Shown piece by piece: positions 1-8,819 of a stretch of DNA of 64,000 bases. The stretch's first letter is position 1; each line of letters starts with the position of its first letter. Under the pieces are notes generated by a model. It worked only from the letters and a program-made list of their open reading frames with translations, did not search any database and had not been told where the DNA came from. The translations under genes and the position numbers were made by a program. The DNA lies in contig JAOPTW010000013.1 in assembly GCA_051532035.1 (NCBI GenBank), positions 1-64,000 of the forward strand, read 5' to 3'. The stretch is from Fibrobacterales bacterium (GTDB lineage Bacteria > Fibrobacterota > Fibrobacteria > Fibrobacterales > JAOPTW01).

Positions 1-123
1 AGGAGTCCATATCCCATACTTAATATGGCGGACGAATACGGGGTAATTATTTATGACTTTACGGGCAAAGCAATCCATTCCTACGATCCACCAACAACAA
101 AAGCACAAAGCCTTTTTCCATAA
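1..123 (+). CDS. 3' end of a CDS entering the window (RSPYPILNMADEYGVIIYDFTGKAIHSYDPPTTKAQSLFP*)
   Basis: Frame 1 is open from base 1 to TAA at 121-123; the 'IIYDFTGK' motif resembles C-terminal sorting domains. Confidence 0.45.
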   Translation, partial: RSPYPILNMADEYGVIIYDFTGKAIHSYDPPTTKAQSLFP

Positions 124-138
124 AAATGAAAAAGGCTT
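108..138. terminator. Hairpin between convergent genes, probable intrinsic terminator
   Basis: AAGCCTTTTTC-N9-GAAAAAGGCTT, perfect 11-bp stem. Confidence 0.5.
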
Positions 139-182
139 CATACGTTTTGCAAATGTTCACTCGAAAAGTTAAGCAATAAGAG

Positions 183-902
183 TTACATGCCAAAATATTT
201 TTTGTATAAAGCCTGAAACGTACCATTGCTTTTTATTTCAGCAAGCCCTTTATTGAATGTATCGATAATTCTTTGATTACTTTTTGTTACATGACATACA
301 AGTGATTCGTTATTAGCATATAACACAAACCCTGGGTCATTGTGAATACTAGCTGACATCTCACTTGGTAAATGCTCACCATACCCGATAAATGCATCAA
401 TTCGGCCCTTCTGTAGCTTGAAATAATTTTGAAGCGTTGAATTCACTGTTGCATAATTCAATTCCAGATGTTTCAAATTCTTCATGAGAGAGTGCACCGC
501 TCTTTGAACACCGATAATTTTGGTTTTTAAAGTATCAACAGAACTGATTATAGGTTGAGAACGTAAGGTAAACACCTCAACTCTTCCTTCAAAAAAAGGA
601 GTTGATTCAAGAGCATGCATATTCATGTAATCCCATGCTGCTTTTTTATCACCACCGAGGTAACATGTAGCTTGTTTTTCTTTAAACATTTTGATGGCTC
701 GCGAAAATGGGACAGGGGTGATTTCTAATGGTAAATCTACAACTTTATTGATTTCAGTAAAGAGATCCAGGGCGAATCCACTTCCCGATTCAGTAGCCCA
801 ACTCTCTGCAATTTCTATTACTGCTATTTCACCAGCCCCAACCATAGTGGTGCCACAAATTAACCAGATTATTACCAGATTTCTGAAGGTTTTCTTACTC
901 AT
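183..902 (-). CDS. Family 3 (amino-acid type) periplasmic substrate-binding protein, orphan
   Basis: Signal peptide; PFSRA, L.KGRIDA and FNKGLAEIKSNGTFQALYKKY motifs of SBP_bac_3. Confidence 0.8.
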   Translation of the reverse strand: MSKKTFRNLVIIWLICGTTMVGAGEIAVIEIAESWATESGSGFALDLFTEINKVVDLPLEITPVPFSRAIKMFKEKQATCYLGGDKKAAWDYMNMHALESTPFFEGRVEVFTLRSQPIISSVDTLKTKIIGVQRAVHSLMKNLKHLELNYATVNSTLQNYFKLQKGRIDAFIGYGEHLPSEMSASIHNDPGFVLYANNESLVCHVTKSNQRIIDTFNKGLAEIKSNGTFQALYKKYFGM

Positions 903-964
903 GCAAAATCTTATTGAATATTCTTTATTTTATTATAATATCATGTAAATAGAAAGGATTAACT

Positions 965-1357
965 ATGCCACATGGTACATTGTTAAATAAAGATGGAATA
1001 AAATGGACTTTCACTGGTGTGATTACTTTTGATGAAATTTACAAAGCAAATCAGGAATTTTATGATATAGACGCTCATGCATCTTTAAAATATTTCATTT
1101 GGGATATGTCAGAAATAACCCACCTTGAACCATCAGCATTAGATTTATTTGAAATTACCGCAGTTCAGGATATTAATATTTCAAAAATCAATCCTAACAT
1201 AATTGGAGTACTAATTGCTAATGACGTGTACGCTGTTCACTTTTTAAATTCTTATCTGAAGTTATTAAAAGAAACTAATACCCCATGGAATGTACAGTTA
1301 TTTGACGACCCAATTGTTGCTCAAAAATGGCTGGACTCTGCACTAAATAAACAATAA
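965..1357 (+). CDS. Hypothetical protein, SpoIIAA/STAS-SEC14-like fold
   Basis: RBS AAGGA; 130 aa; FTG.IT...IWDMS...F.D...A.KWL pattern. Confidence 0.55.
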   Translation: MPHGTLLNKDGIKWTFTGVITFDEIYKANQEFYDIDAHASLKYFIWDMSEITHLEPSALDLFEITAVQDINISKINPNIIGVLIANDVYAVHFLNSYLKLLKETNTPWNVQLFDDPIVAQKWLDSALNKQ

Positions 1358-1502
1358 CTCTTGCTTGAATTCAATAGTCCATTCAATATGAATATGTGAT
1401 AAAAGAATGATGGGTATGTATTACGATTTCAGTGTTACACCAAAAACATCAATTTTTTCCTCTTTACCGCGTAACTCTAACGAAACGTGGCGTGCATACT
1501 CC

Positions 1503-1780
1503 CTTGTTTCAGGTCAAAATGTCCGCTTGTTTATTTTAAGTAGCTTTTTGCACTATATGGGCTATCTGAAACAGGATATAGTCGAAGGAGCAGAGAGCTG
1601 GATGAGCCGGGTTCTGTGCACCCCTCTGGACATGTTCCTTAACTTTTTATACCAGAGTGGCTTTTATCCAAGTGATCCGGTAAGGGTGGGTTGATGGTTG
1701 GGGGTTGTTTTTGACTCTAGGAAGTCCCCTCCCCTTTTTTGAGAAACTGCCGTATTGATTGGATTGACGACTGGAATATT
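1503..1780 (+). mobile_element. Degenerate repeat copy A: 3' end of a transposase-like ORF (stop 1692-1694) plus conserved downstream motif
   Basis: About 90% identical to 4275-4459 over 185 bp; similar to 12803-12985, including the identical 20-mer CTAGGAAGTCCCCTCCCCTT. Confidence 0.6.
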
Positions 1781-2129
1781 TTTGTTGTGGGTGGAGTGGT
1801 GTTTGTGTGTTTATTGGGTACTTCTTGGTGATTTATGGAGAAGTGCGTAATGTTTGATCATCTTCTCTAGTTGGGCAAATACTTGTGGGTGCCGAAGGAA
1901 GATGGCGGCTGTAATTTAATTCAAAAAATGGGATGAGCAAGAGTATCTGTAAGCCTACGCATATGTTCAGCCACTATACGTATTCAACAATCTAAAAGCC
2001 GCCGAGAGGTATATCTACTACTGCAAACATACCGACATACAGTATCGGATCTGTACTTACTGATACATGTCCTTTAAGGCCAATACCAACACAATATATT
2101 TTTATTCCTCCTTCAACAAGCCCTCAACC

Positions 2130-4112
2130 CTACTCAAAGCGTGAAACAGTCAAAGCCTCCCTCGCTCCCTGAATAGAAATTTCTAACACTCCGACATGCG
2201 CCTTACGGATTAATAACGTAGAGTGTATCATGTCCCTTACCTCTGACTCTAATAGAGTATTATCAACAATCAAACTTTTTGAGAGTACTTCTCCAAAAAC
2301 AGAATAAAGAGTCAGTGATACCGGTTCTTTATTCTGAATTTTCTGAATGGCTTGTATCTTATCTGCCAAGCTGGTAATCTCTGCTTTAGCTTCGCTGCTT
2401 TCGTATATGCTACTACTCTCTAATTCTGCGACACTACTGTTCAATGCACTACTACTCTCATTAACTCGTTCGTTTTCAGATAGTGAACTTTCAGTGCTCT
2501 CAGAGTTAGACTCAATGGTACTGTGAGTTATGTGTATAAACGTTAGGCTCCAGGGGGCAGCCTCAAAAGTCGGGTTATCACCTGCTTCAAACATATGAAC
2601 CTTTGCCGGAATAGTATGATAGTCCAAAGGGCCAAAGAGTGGGTCACCAGCACTACCATTTACTGAAAGTACTTCAGATTCAGGATTATTTTCAGGTGTA
2701 GTTATTGAATACCAAGCTGCTGTAATGTCACTATTTTGGTTGAGGTCTTTAAAGGTGACATACTCCTTTGTATCGGATGGGTTAATTACCATAATACCAT
2801 ATGATTGATCAGAAAAGAGCGTCGGGTAGATACTCAAATTATTGTCTGTGTCTTGGGTATGATCAATAAGGGAGTCACCCAGAAATTGTGTGGCATAATA
2901 GTAGGTGTAAAATGAGGGGTGTGGAGTGTAGTCATCGACCCGAGGGTCTTTGCGCGCAAACATACCATGGTCGCCGTCATCTTCATTCCAGCCATTGGCA
3001 ACGTCCCAAATATTAACAAGCCCATACCCATGGGTTATAAACTCACCAAGTGCCTTAGCTATGAGTAGTGCCGAAATATGACTGCTGTTTTTCGTTCCTG
3101 CTCTTACATTATACTCAGTCATTGCAATAGGGAAATAATCAGGGCTTTTATCGGTGTGCTGTGCAACCATACTTTGTATAAATGCTTTGTCATCTCCAAT
3201 TGCCGACATCGCATCTATCATTTCATCTACCGTCACATCATTTATATCGGCAGACCAGGTAAAGTATTCATGAATAATGAGATAGTCTGCATGCTCTTGA
3301 ACTTCGGGTAATACCCCGGCATTCCAATCATGGGTACCCGACACAAAGCCATCTTGGGTATGTAATACTGCCCCGATTTTTATGGAGGGATCAGCCGCTT
3401 TCATAGAGTCGGCAAAAACTCTAAAATGCGCGCCATACTCCGCACCGGTTATGGTGTCGCCATTTACAATGTAACCTTGCTGCCACTTGCCATAGTTCTC
3501 GTTTCCAATTTCCCAATACCGAACATATGCCCCAAGAGTATCGTTGACATGGCGTACCCATTCCGCTGCATAATGAGCGGCCTCTGCAACCGGATCTTCC
3601 CCTCCCCCATAACGGGCATAGGCATAGTTAACGCATATTTGCGCTTCGGCACCAATGTTTTCGGCCATCTGTATCATAAGGTCAGAGGCCAGTGTCCAAT
3701 CACTTCCATCACCTGCATACTCTTTTTGCAGTGGCGTACGATCTTCAATTAAATTATCGGGGATAGTGCCATCCCAAAACCAGGCATTACTCCAGTTGCC
3801 TCCGGGGAGCCGCAAGTAAGAAATACCGGCATCTTTCATTCGCGCTACAATAACAGAATCATTAACCCAGTTTTCTTTCAGCCATCCAACAGTATTATTT
3901 CCAAAAAGTGTAGGAAGTACCGGCGCAATTTTTTGATCAGGTAAAAGGGTGACTGAGACCGTGCTTTGTTCTTCAACAGCTTTGACAGATTCAGTTATAG
4001 AAAAATTCGGTATGGGACGGGGCACTCTATTTTCGGCAAAAAATCCCTGCCCAAAAACAGAGACGACACTTGAACCGATGACAAAGAGTGTCACTTGAAT
4101 TATATGCTGCAT
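2130..4112 (-). CDS. GH51-like glycoside hydrolase (arabinofuranosidase/endoglucanase type) with Ser/Glu linker and C-terminal sorting-like domain
   Basis: LRLPGGN, YWEIGNE (acid/base), MKAADPSIKIGA and AMTEYN (nucleophile) clan GH-A motifs; signal peptide. Confidence 0.75.
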   Translation of the reverse strand: MQHIIQVTLFVIGSSVVSVFGQGFFAENRVPRPIPNFSITESVKAVEEQSTVSVTLLPDQKIAPVLPTLFGNNTVGWLKENWVNDSVIVARMKDAGISYLRLPGGNWSNAWFWDGTIPDNLIEDRTPLQKEYAGDGSDWTLASDLMIQMAENIGAEAQICVNYAYARYGGGEDPVAEAAHYAAEWVRHVNDTLGAYVRYWEIGNENYGKWQQGYIVNGDTITGAEYGAHFRVFADSMKAADPSIKIGAVLHTQDGFVSGTHDWNAGVLPEVQEHADYLIIHEYFTWSADINDVTVDEMIDAMSAIGDDKAFIQSMVAQHTDKSPDYFPIAMTEYNVRAGTKNSSHISALLIAKALGEFITHGYGLVNIWDVANGWNEDDGDHGMFARKDPRVDDYTPHPSFYTYYYATQFLGDSLIDHTQDTDNNLSIYPTLFSDQSYGIMVINPSDTKEYVTFKDLNQNSDITAAWYSITTPENNPESEVLSVNGSAGDPLFGPLDYHTIPAKVHMFEAGDNPTFEAAPWSLTFIHITHSTIESNSESTESSLSENERVNESSSALNSSVAELESSSIYESSEAKAEITSLADKIQAIQKIQNKEPVSLTLYSVFGEVLSKSLIVDNTLLESEVRDMIHSTLLIRKAHVGVLEISIQGAREALTVSRFE

Positions 4113-4274
4113 ATCTGTCTACCCTACCCTATGTACTCTTTCTCTCCATACTATTAGTTGTTAATTGGGCTAAATGGTTCAATGTATGTTTTGATTTTAC
4201 CAGTCCCCATTCGCAAGTATATCCGCTAAAAAGGGATAATTAAAAGCAGTTTCTGGTTTGGCTAAGGGGAACCT

Positions 4275-4459
4275 CTTGTTTCAGGTTAAAATGTGCGCTT
4301 GTTTATTTTAAGTAGCTTATTGCACTATATGGACTATCTGAAATAGGATATAGTCGAAGGAGCAGAGAGCTAGATAAGCCGGGTTCTGTGTACACCTCTG
4401 GATATGTTGTTGAACTTTTTGTACCAGAGTGGCTTTTGCCCGAGTGATCCAGTAAGGGT
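4275..4459 (+). mobile_element. Degenerate repeat copy B (pseudogenised, three in-frame stops)
   Basis: Ungapped alignment to 1503-1687 with about 18 substitutions. Confidence 0.65.
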
Positions 4460-4545
4460 ATTCCTCCCCGTAAACTTTACAAAAGAAACCATTAATAGCT
4501 AAAGACATAGTTTGTTATAAAATATTGCTAATTTTACGATCAAAA

Positions 4546-5289
4546 ATGGCGTCTATGATTCGAATATTGATCTTTGTAATTCTTCTTTGTGCTTCTGTTG
4601 GAGTCGCGGGAGAATATACCACAAAAAACCGTTTTTACCTTGAAAAGACAGAAGTAATAGAAATAATAAATGATTATTTCAGTAGAAATGATTCTGTGTA
4701 CGATTTTGAAAGTCAAGCAAATGATAAAATTGTTTTTATCAAGTCAAAAAATCCTGAAACCAAATGTGACATTAGTATCCTAGATAAATATGTTGAGTTC
4801 AAATGTGTTAATGAATCTAAATCTAGTTTGGAGGTTGAAACCAATGCGCAATCAATACATTTTGAATTGCTCAAAGAAGGTTTTGCAAACAAGACAAGGG
4901 AAAAGGATGTAGATTTCCCTCACTATCTTTTAAGTGTAGGAGTGGGATATGGAGAGGCGTTTAGTAAAAATGATGTCTTGAATATTGAGGTGCACCCTCT
5001 TCCTTTTATGTCCGTTTCTTTTGCGGGTAGGCTGATCTCACGATATTATGAAGAGAAACCAAATTTTTCATTTTATTTTAACTTAGGATTAACTCAAACA
5101 AAAAGAACTCTAAGACCTTATCTAAGCATAGGTAAAAATTCGAACAACCGTATAGCAGGTGGATTGGGATTGAGAATTGGGATAGGCTCAACTAGAAGAG
5201 TGGCAATAGATGCGGCATACTATTTACCAAATAGGTACTCAATAGGTATTAAAATATTTTTAATTACTACAAATTACTTTAATAAGTAA
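4546..5289 (+). CDS. Secreted hypothetical protein, C-terminal half resembling outer-membrane beta strands
   Basis: Signal peptide; alternating Gly/aromatic strands (RPYLSIG, GGLGLRIG); AT-rich; start uncertain (4525/4546/4555). Confidence 0.55.
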   Translation: MASMIRILIFVILLCASVGVAGEYTTKNRFYLEKTEVIEIINDYFSRNDSVYDFESQANDKIVFIKSKNPETKCDISILDKYVEFKCVNESKSSLEVETNAQSIHFELLKEGFANKTREKDVDFPHYLLSVGVGYGEAFSKNDVLNIEVHPLPFMSVSFAGRLISRYYEEKPNFSFYFNLGLTQTKRTLRPYLSIGKNSNNRIAGGLGLRIGIGSTRRVAIDAAYYLPNRYSIGIKIFLITTNYFNK

Positions 5290-5362
5290 TTTGTTGAATA
5301 CGCTATGAAAACAGTACGCTCACTCCACATCTCTGATTAGAATAATCATGCTGAGTAGAGTG

Positions 5363-6502
5363 TTATTTACCTTCAAGTTCTTTCAATATTGCTTCAAGAA
5401 TAAACTTGTAGTTTGAAATAGATGGTACATACGTTTTTGAAAAACGTTTAAAGTCAATCTTGCGCCATGTATTTTCTCTGGATTTGCCGTGGAAAAGCTT
5501 CACATATGAAGATGTATTCTCTTTATTGAGAATAGAAAAGCTAGACATAGTAGTTGGGGTGATGAGAGAACGTTTATTATGGTAATCGAAAAGAGTAATA
5601 AGACTCCAACCACCATCCATAAAGTGACCTCCTACCGATGCGGCGAATAATTCTTTTTGGATATATTCAATTGCAGAGTTAGCCCAATCAATTCCACCGG
5701 TAATGATATCTCTACCCGGTTTTTTTCCCGTTTGGATAATTCCACTAACTGCACCCAAAGCCATGCCATCACTTGCGGCCCAAATGACGTTGAGCTTGGG
5801 ATACCGTTTCAGCAGTCCCATGGTGATTTCAGTTGCTTTTTCAGTCTCATAATAGCCGGGAATAAGCTGATGAAGTATCACTTGAGGGTTTTCAGAAACA
5901 GCCTTCTTTAGACCCTGAACACGAAGAGATGAAGAATTCGTTTTATATGTCCCAGAGATTCCAGCCATATGAAGAACGCCTTCTTCATCATCCAGCTGTT
6001 TCATGAATCCTTGTTGAATAAGTTCTTTGGCTAAGAGATATCCTGCTTGAAAATCATCGGGAAGATATTGACCAAGCCAATTTTTATAAATAGACCCTGG
6101 GGTACCATACTTTGCTTGATCTTCAGGAACTATCCCCTCATTGAAAAGAAATGTTTTTACCCCTTTTGCATTTGCTTTACCAATAAGCTCGGCGGCTGCA
6201 TTTTTTTCATTTATCAATAAAATATAATCGGGTAGTATCGTGCGTTGTAGGAGTTTGTCGCCTTTGTACTTTAAGGTCATGTGATTCCTGTCGCAGTAAA
6301 TTACCTCGAGATTAATATCAAGATCCTCCGCTACTGCAAGCATAAAGTCTGTCATGGGCTTAAAAAAAAGATCCGTTTCGCTACCGGGATTAAGAAAAAC
6401 AACTGAGGGGCTTAAGGGGACGCGCTGTTCATTGGCTTTAGAATCAGGAATGAAAGACACCAAACATACTAGAATAAAAGAAACAATATTGGGCTTAATC
6501 AA
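5363..6502 (-). CDS. Class I sugar-type periplasmic binding protein, orphan
   Basis: VVFLNPG, R.QGLKKA, IWAASDGMALGA, GGIDW and GGHF motifs; no permease adjacent. Confidence 0.8.
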   Translation of the reverse strand: MIKPNIVSFILVCLVSFIPDSKANEQRVPLSPSVVFLNPGSETDLFFKPMTDFMLAVAEDLDINLEVIYCDRNHMTLKYKGDKLLQRTILPDYILLINEKNAAAELIGKANAKGVKTFLFNEGIVPEDQAKYGTPGSIYKNWLGQYLPDDFQAGYLLAKELIQQGFMKQLDDEEGVLHMAGISGTYKTNSSSLRVQGLKKAVSENPQVILHQLIPGYYETEKATEITMGLLKRYPKLNVIWAASDGMALGAVSGIIQTGKKPGRDIITGGIDWANSAIEYIQKELFAASVGGHFMDGGWSLITLFDYHNKRSLITPTTMSSFSILNKENTSSYVKLFHGKSRENTWRKIDFKRFSKTYVPSISNYKFILEAILKELEGK

Positions 6503-6614
6503 TGGATGAGGCTCCCTAAGTAAAATAGACTGATTGATGTTTGACGGCTATAACCATTGTATAATAAAACGAAAACAAAATCAAGTTTCAGGTTTTTATT
6601 TCCTATTAAAAGCG

Positions 6615-7088
6615 CTAGATCGTCACATTCAATTCCTTCACTTCTTCATTAAAGAAATCTTTTAGGTGCTTATTCCCGTGTTCTTTTGCTTGTGAATCAT
6701 CAGCCATGGCTGTTAAAAAGAATTCTATAGGGCCATACGTTTTTGATGATGTGAATTTTCTAAGAGTCCAAATTGTAGCCACTCTAATCCAATCAGGGAG
6801 GTGTGTGATTTTAATAGGTTTATTCCATGCATTTAAGGATAGCTCAGCGAGTTCATTCTGAGTAAATGTATCAGGTCCGCCAACTGATAACTCTTTTGAA
6901 TCAGTTTTAAGAATGTTGACACATACTTCGGCCAGGTCTACGCCATGAATAGGATTGAATTTGAATTCTCCATTACCAAAAAGATATACTCGTCCACTTT
7001 TCGCCATGGTCAAAAAGTCCTTCATATCCGAGAAAAAACCGTTCGGTCGCATTACAGTATAATCGTATCGCCCTTCTTGTAGTAGCAT
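6615..7088 (-). pseudogene. 5'-truncated NAD(P)-binding SDR/NmrA-like oxidoreductase
   Basis: Starts at the internal DYT..RPNGFFSDM motif; NPIHG.DLA and VGGPD are present but the N-terminal GxxGxxG Rossmann half is missing. Confidence 0.65.
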
Positions 7089-7287
7089 CTCGCATTAGTT
7101 CATTCATAAGGGTGCTATTTTAGTAGTGTATAATAGATAACTTACTTTAACTGTAGATCTTTAAAATAAGTAAAGCTTTAAAAAGAATTACACCAGCATT
7201 ACACACCGTGACGCTCTGTGGATTGCAAATGGCTGTAATTTGTCTGTTTTAGTGATATACTATAGTTATGGCGCTTAAAATTATTTG

Positions 7288-8487
7288 ATGAGTATGCAAA
7301 GCAAACAACTTCATTCAAGATTCGAACAACTCTTTTATAATACTGGTGTAGGAGTTGGTATTGTAGATAAGGAGAGATTCTTTATAGAAGTAAACCCTAA
7401 GTTTTGTGAAATGCTTGGGTATAGTCGTGAAGAGATAGTTGGAAGCTCTGCTGAGCTTGTCCATGTTGATCATGGCACTTACGTTGAATTTGGAGAAAAA
7501 GCATTCGAACTTGTTCTGAAAAATAAATCAACAAATTTAGAATGGCAACTTAAATTAAAAGACGGCACTCTAAAAACGTTCAGAATAGCTGGAGATCCTG
7601 TTGAAAATGCTGATGAAGTATTATGGACATTTGTTGATATATCAGAGCGTATAAGCGCGCAAAAAGAGCTGGAACAAAAAAACATTCAACTAGGTTTATT
7701 GACAAACAAACTCTCTAAATATCTTTCACCTCAATTATATAAATCAATTTTTACCGGCAAAAAAGACGTGAAAGTAGAAACAGTCAGGAAAAAGTTGTCA
7801 GTATTTTTTTCAGACATTCATGGGTTCACCGAATTAACAGACTCTATAGAACCGGAAATTCTTGAGAAATTTCTCAATCAATACTTAAATGAAATGTCTA
7901 TAATAGCACTGAAATACGAAGGAACAATTGATAAATTCATTGGTGATGCTATTCTGGTGTTTTTCGGTGACCCTGAATCTCATGGAGAAAAAAAAGATGC
8001 AATATTGTGTGTAAAGATGGCACTAGAGATGAAAGAGAAACTGAAAGAATTAAGAAAGATATGGAAAAATACAGGTCTATTTGAGCCTCTTAAAATACGC
8101 ATTGGAATTAATACAGGGTATTGTAATGTAGGAAATTTTGGCTCGACTGATCGGATGGATTATACAATAATTGGCGGTCAAGTCAACGTAGCGAGCAGAC
8201 TGGAAACGAATGCTGAGCTCGATCAAATTTTAATTTCTCATGAAACATATGTTCAGGTACAGGATGTTATTATGTGTAATCATATTGGAGCTGTTCAGGT
8301 AAAAGGCATTGCGCATTCTATTGAGACCTATGAAGTTATTTGCCTAAAAGAGGAGTTTATACCAGACAATCAATTACTTTCAAAAGAAATGGATGGGTTT
8401 TCTATTAAAATTGACATACATTCAGTTGAGAAAGCTAAGGCGATATCATTTTTGGGTGAAGCAATTAATGCTCTCAGAAATTCCTGA
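7288..8487 (+). CDS. Cytoplasmic PAS-domain class III adenylate/guanylate cyclase (adenylate-type residues)
   Basis: PAS (VNPKFCEMLGYSREEIVG); FSDIHGFT, DKFIGDA, RIGINTG, DYT.IG..VN.ASRLE. Confidence 0.9.
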   Translation: MSMQSKQLHSRFEQLFYNTGVGVGIVDKERFFIEVNPKFCEMLGYSREEIVGSSAELVHVDHGTYVEFGEKAFELVLKNKSTNLEWQLKLKDGTLKTFRIAGDPVENADEVLWTFVDISERISAQKELEQKNIQLGLLTNKLSKYLSPQLYKSIFTGKKDVKVETVRKKLSVFFSDIHGFTELTDSIEPEILEKFLNQYLNEMSIIALKYEGTIDKFIGDAILVFFGDPESHGEKKDAILCVKMALEMKEKLKELRKIWKNTGLFEPLKIRIGINTGYCNVGNFGSTDRMDYTIIGGQVNVASRLETNAELDQILISHETYVQVQDVIMCNHIGAVQVKGIAHSIETYEVICLKEEFIPDNQLLSKEMDGFSIKIDIHSVEKAKAISFLGEAINALRNS

Positions 8488-8819
8488 TTTACCATGGCAT
8501 GCCCATTCCTACGATTCACCAACTGAAAAGCCAGTTGTAATTTCCCAAATACAATTATCAACTTCCTCGGCTATATTGAGTATGTAGAAAAAGCGGATTG
8601 ACTTTGCGGTCTTTGTTTTTGCGTGTCGTGAAGAGTATGAAGTTATTATTCGATAGATTTTTGTTGTGAGTGGGTTAGTACTTTCGGGAAATTGTCATTA
8701 GTTGAATTGTTACCAATGTTGTACAGAATAGCCAAAGAAAGCTTGATTTGCTCATTAAATACACTATTTAAATGGTATGTTTTTCCCACATCGCATGTAT
8801 AATTTGGTAAAATGTACTA

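Noticed and set aside
1407..1694. 95-aa ORF as a functional gene
   Set aside because: Only the part from 1503 is homologous to the repeat; the start looks fortuitous, so it is treated as a remnant.
4317..4508. Minus-strand 63-aa ORF over repeat copy B
   Set aside because: The synonymous-substitution pattern shows the + frame was the coding one; the equivalent minus frame in copy A has a stop.
8658..8674. ATTTTTGTTGTGAGTGG matching the region after repeat copy A
   Set aside because: A 16/17 match in low-complexity sequence that does not extend.
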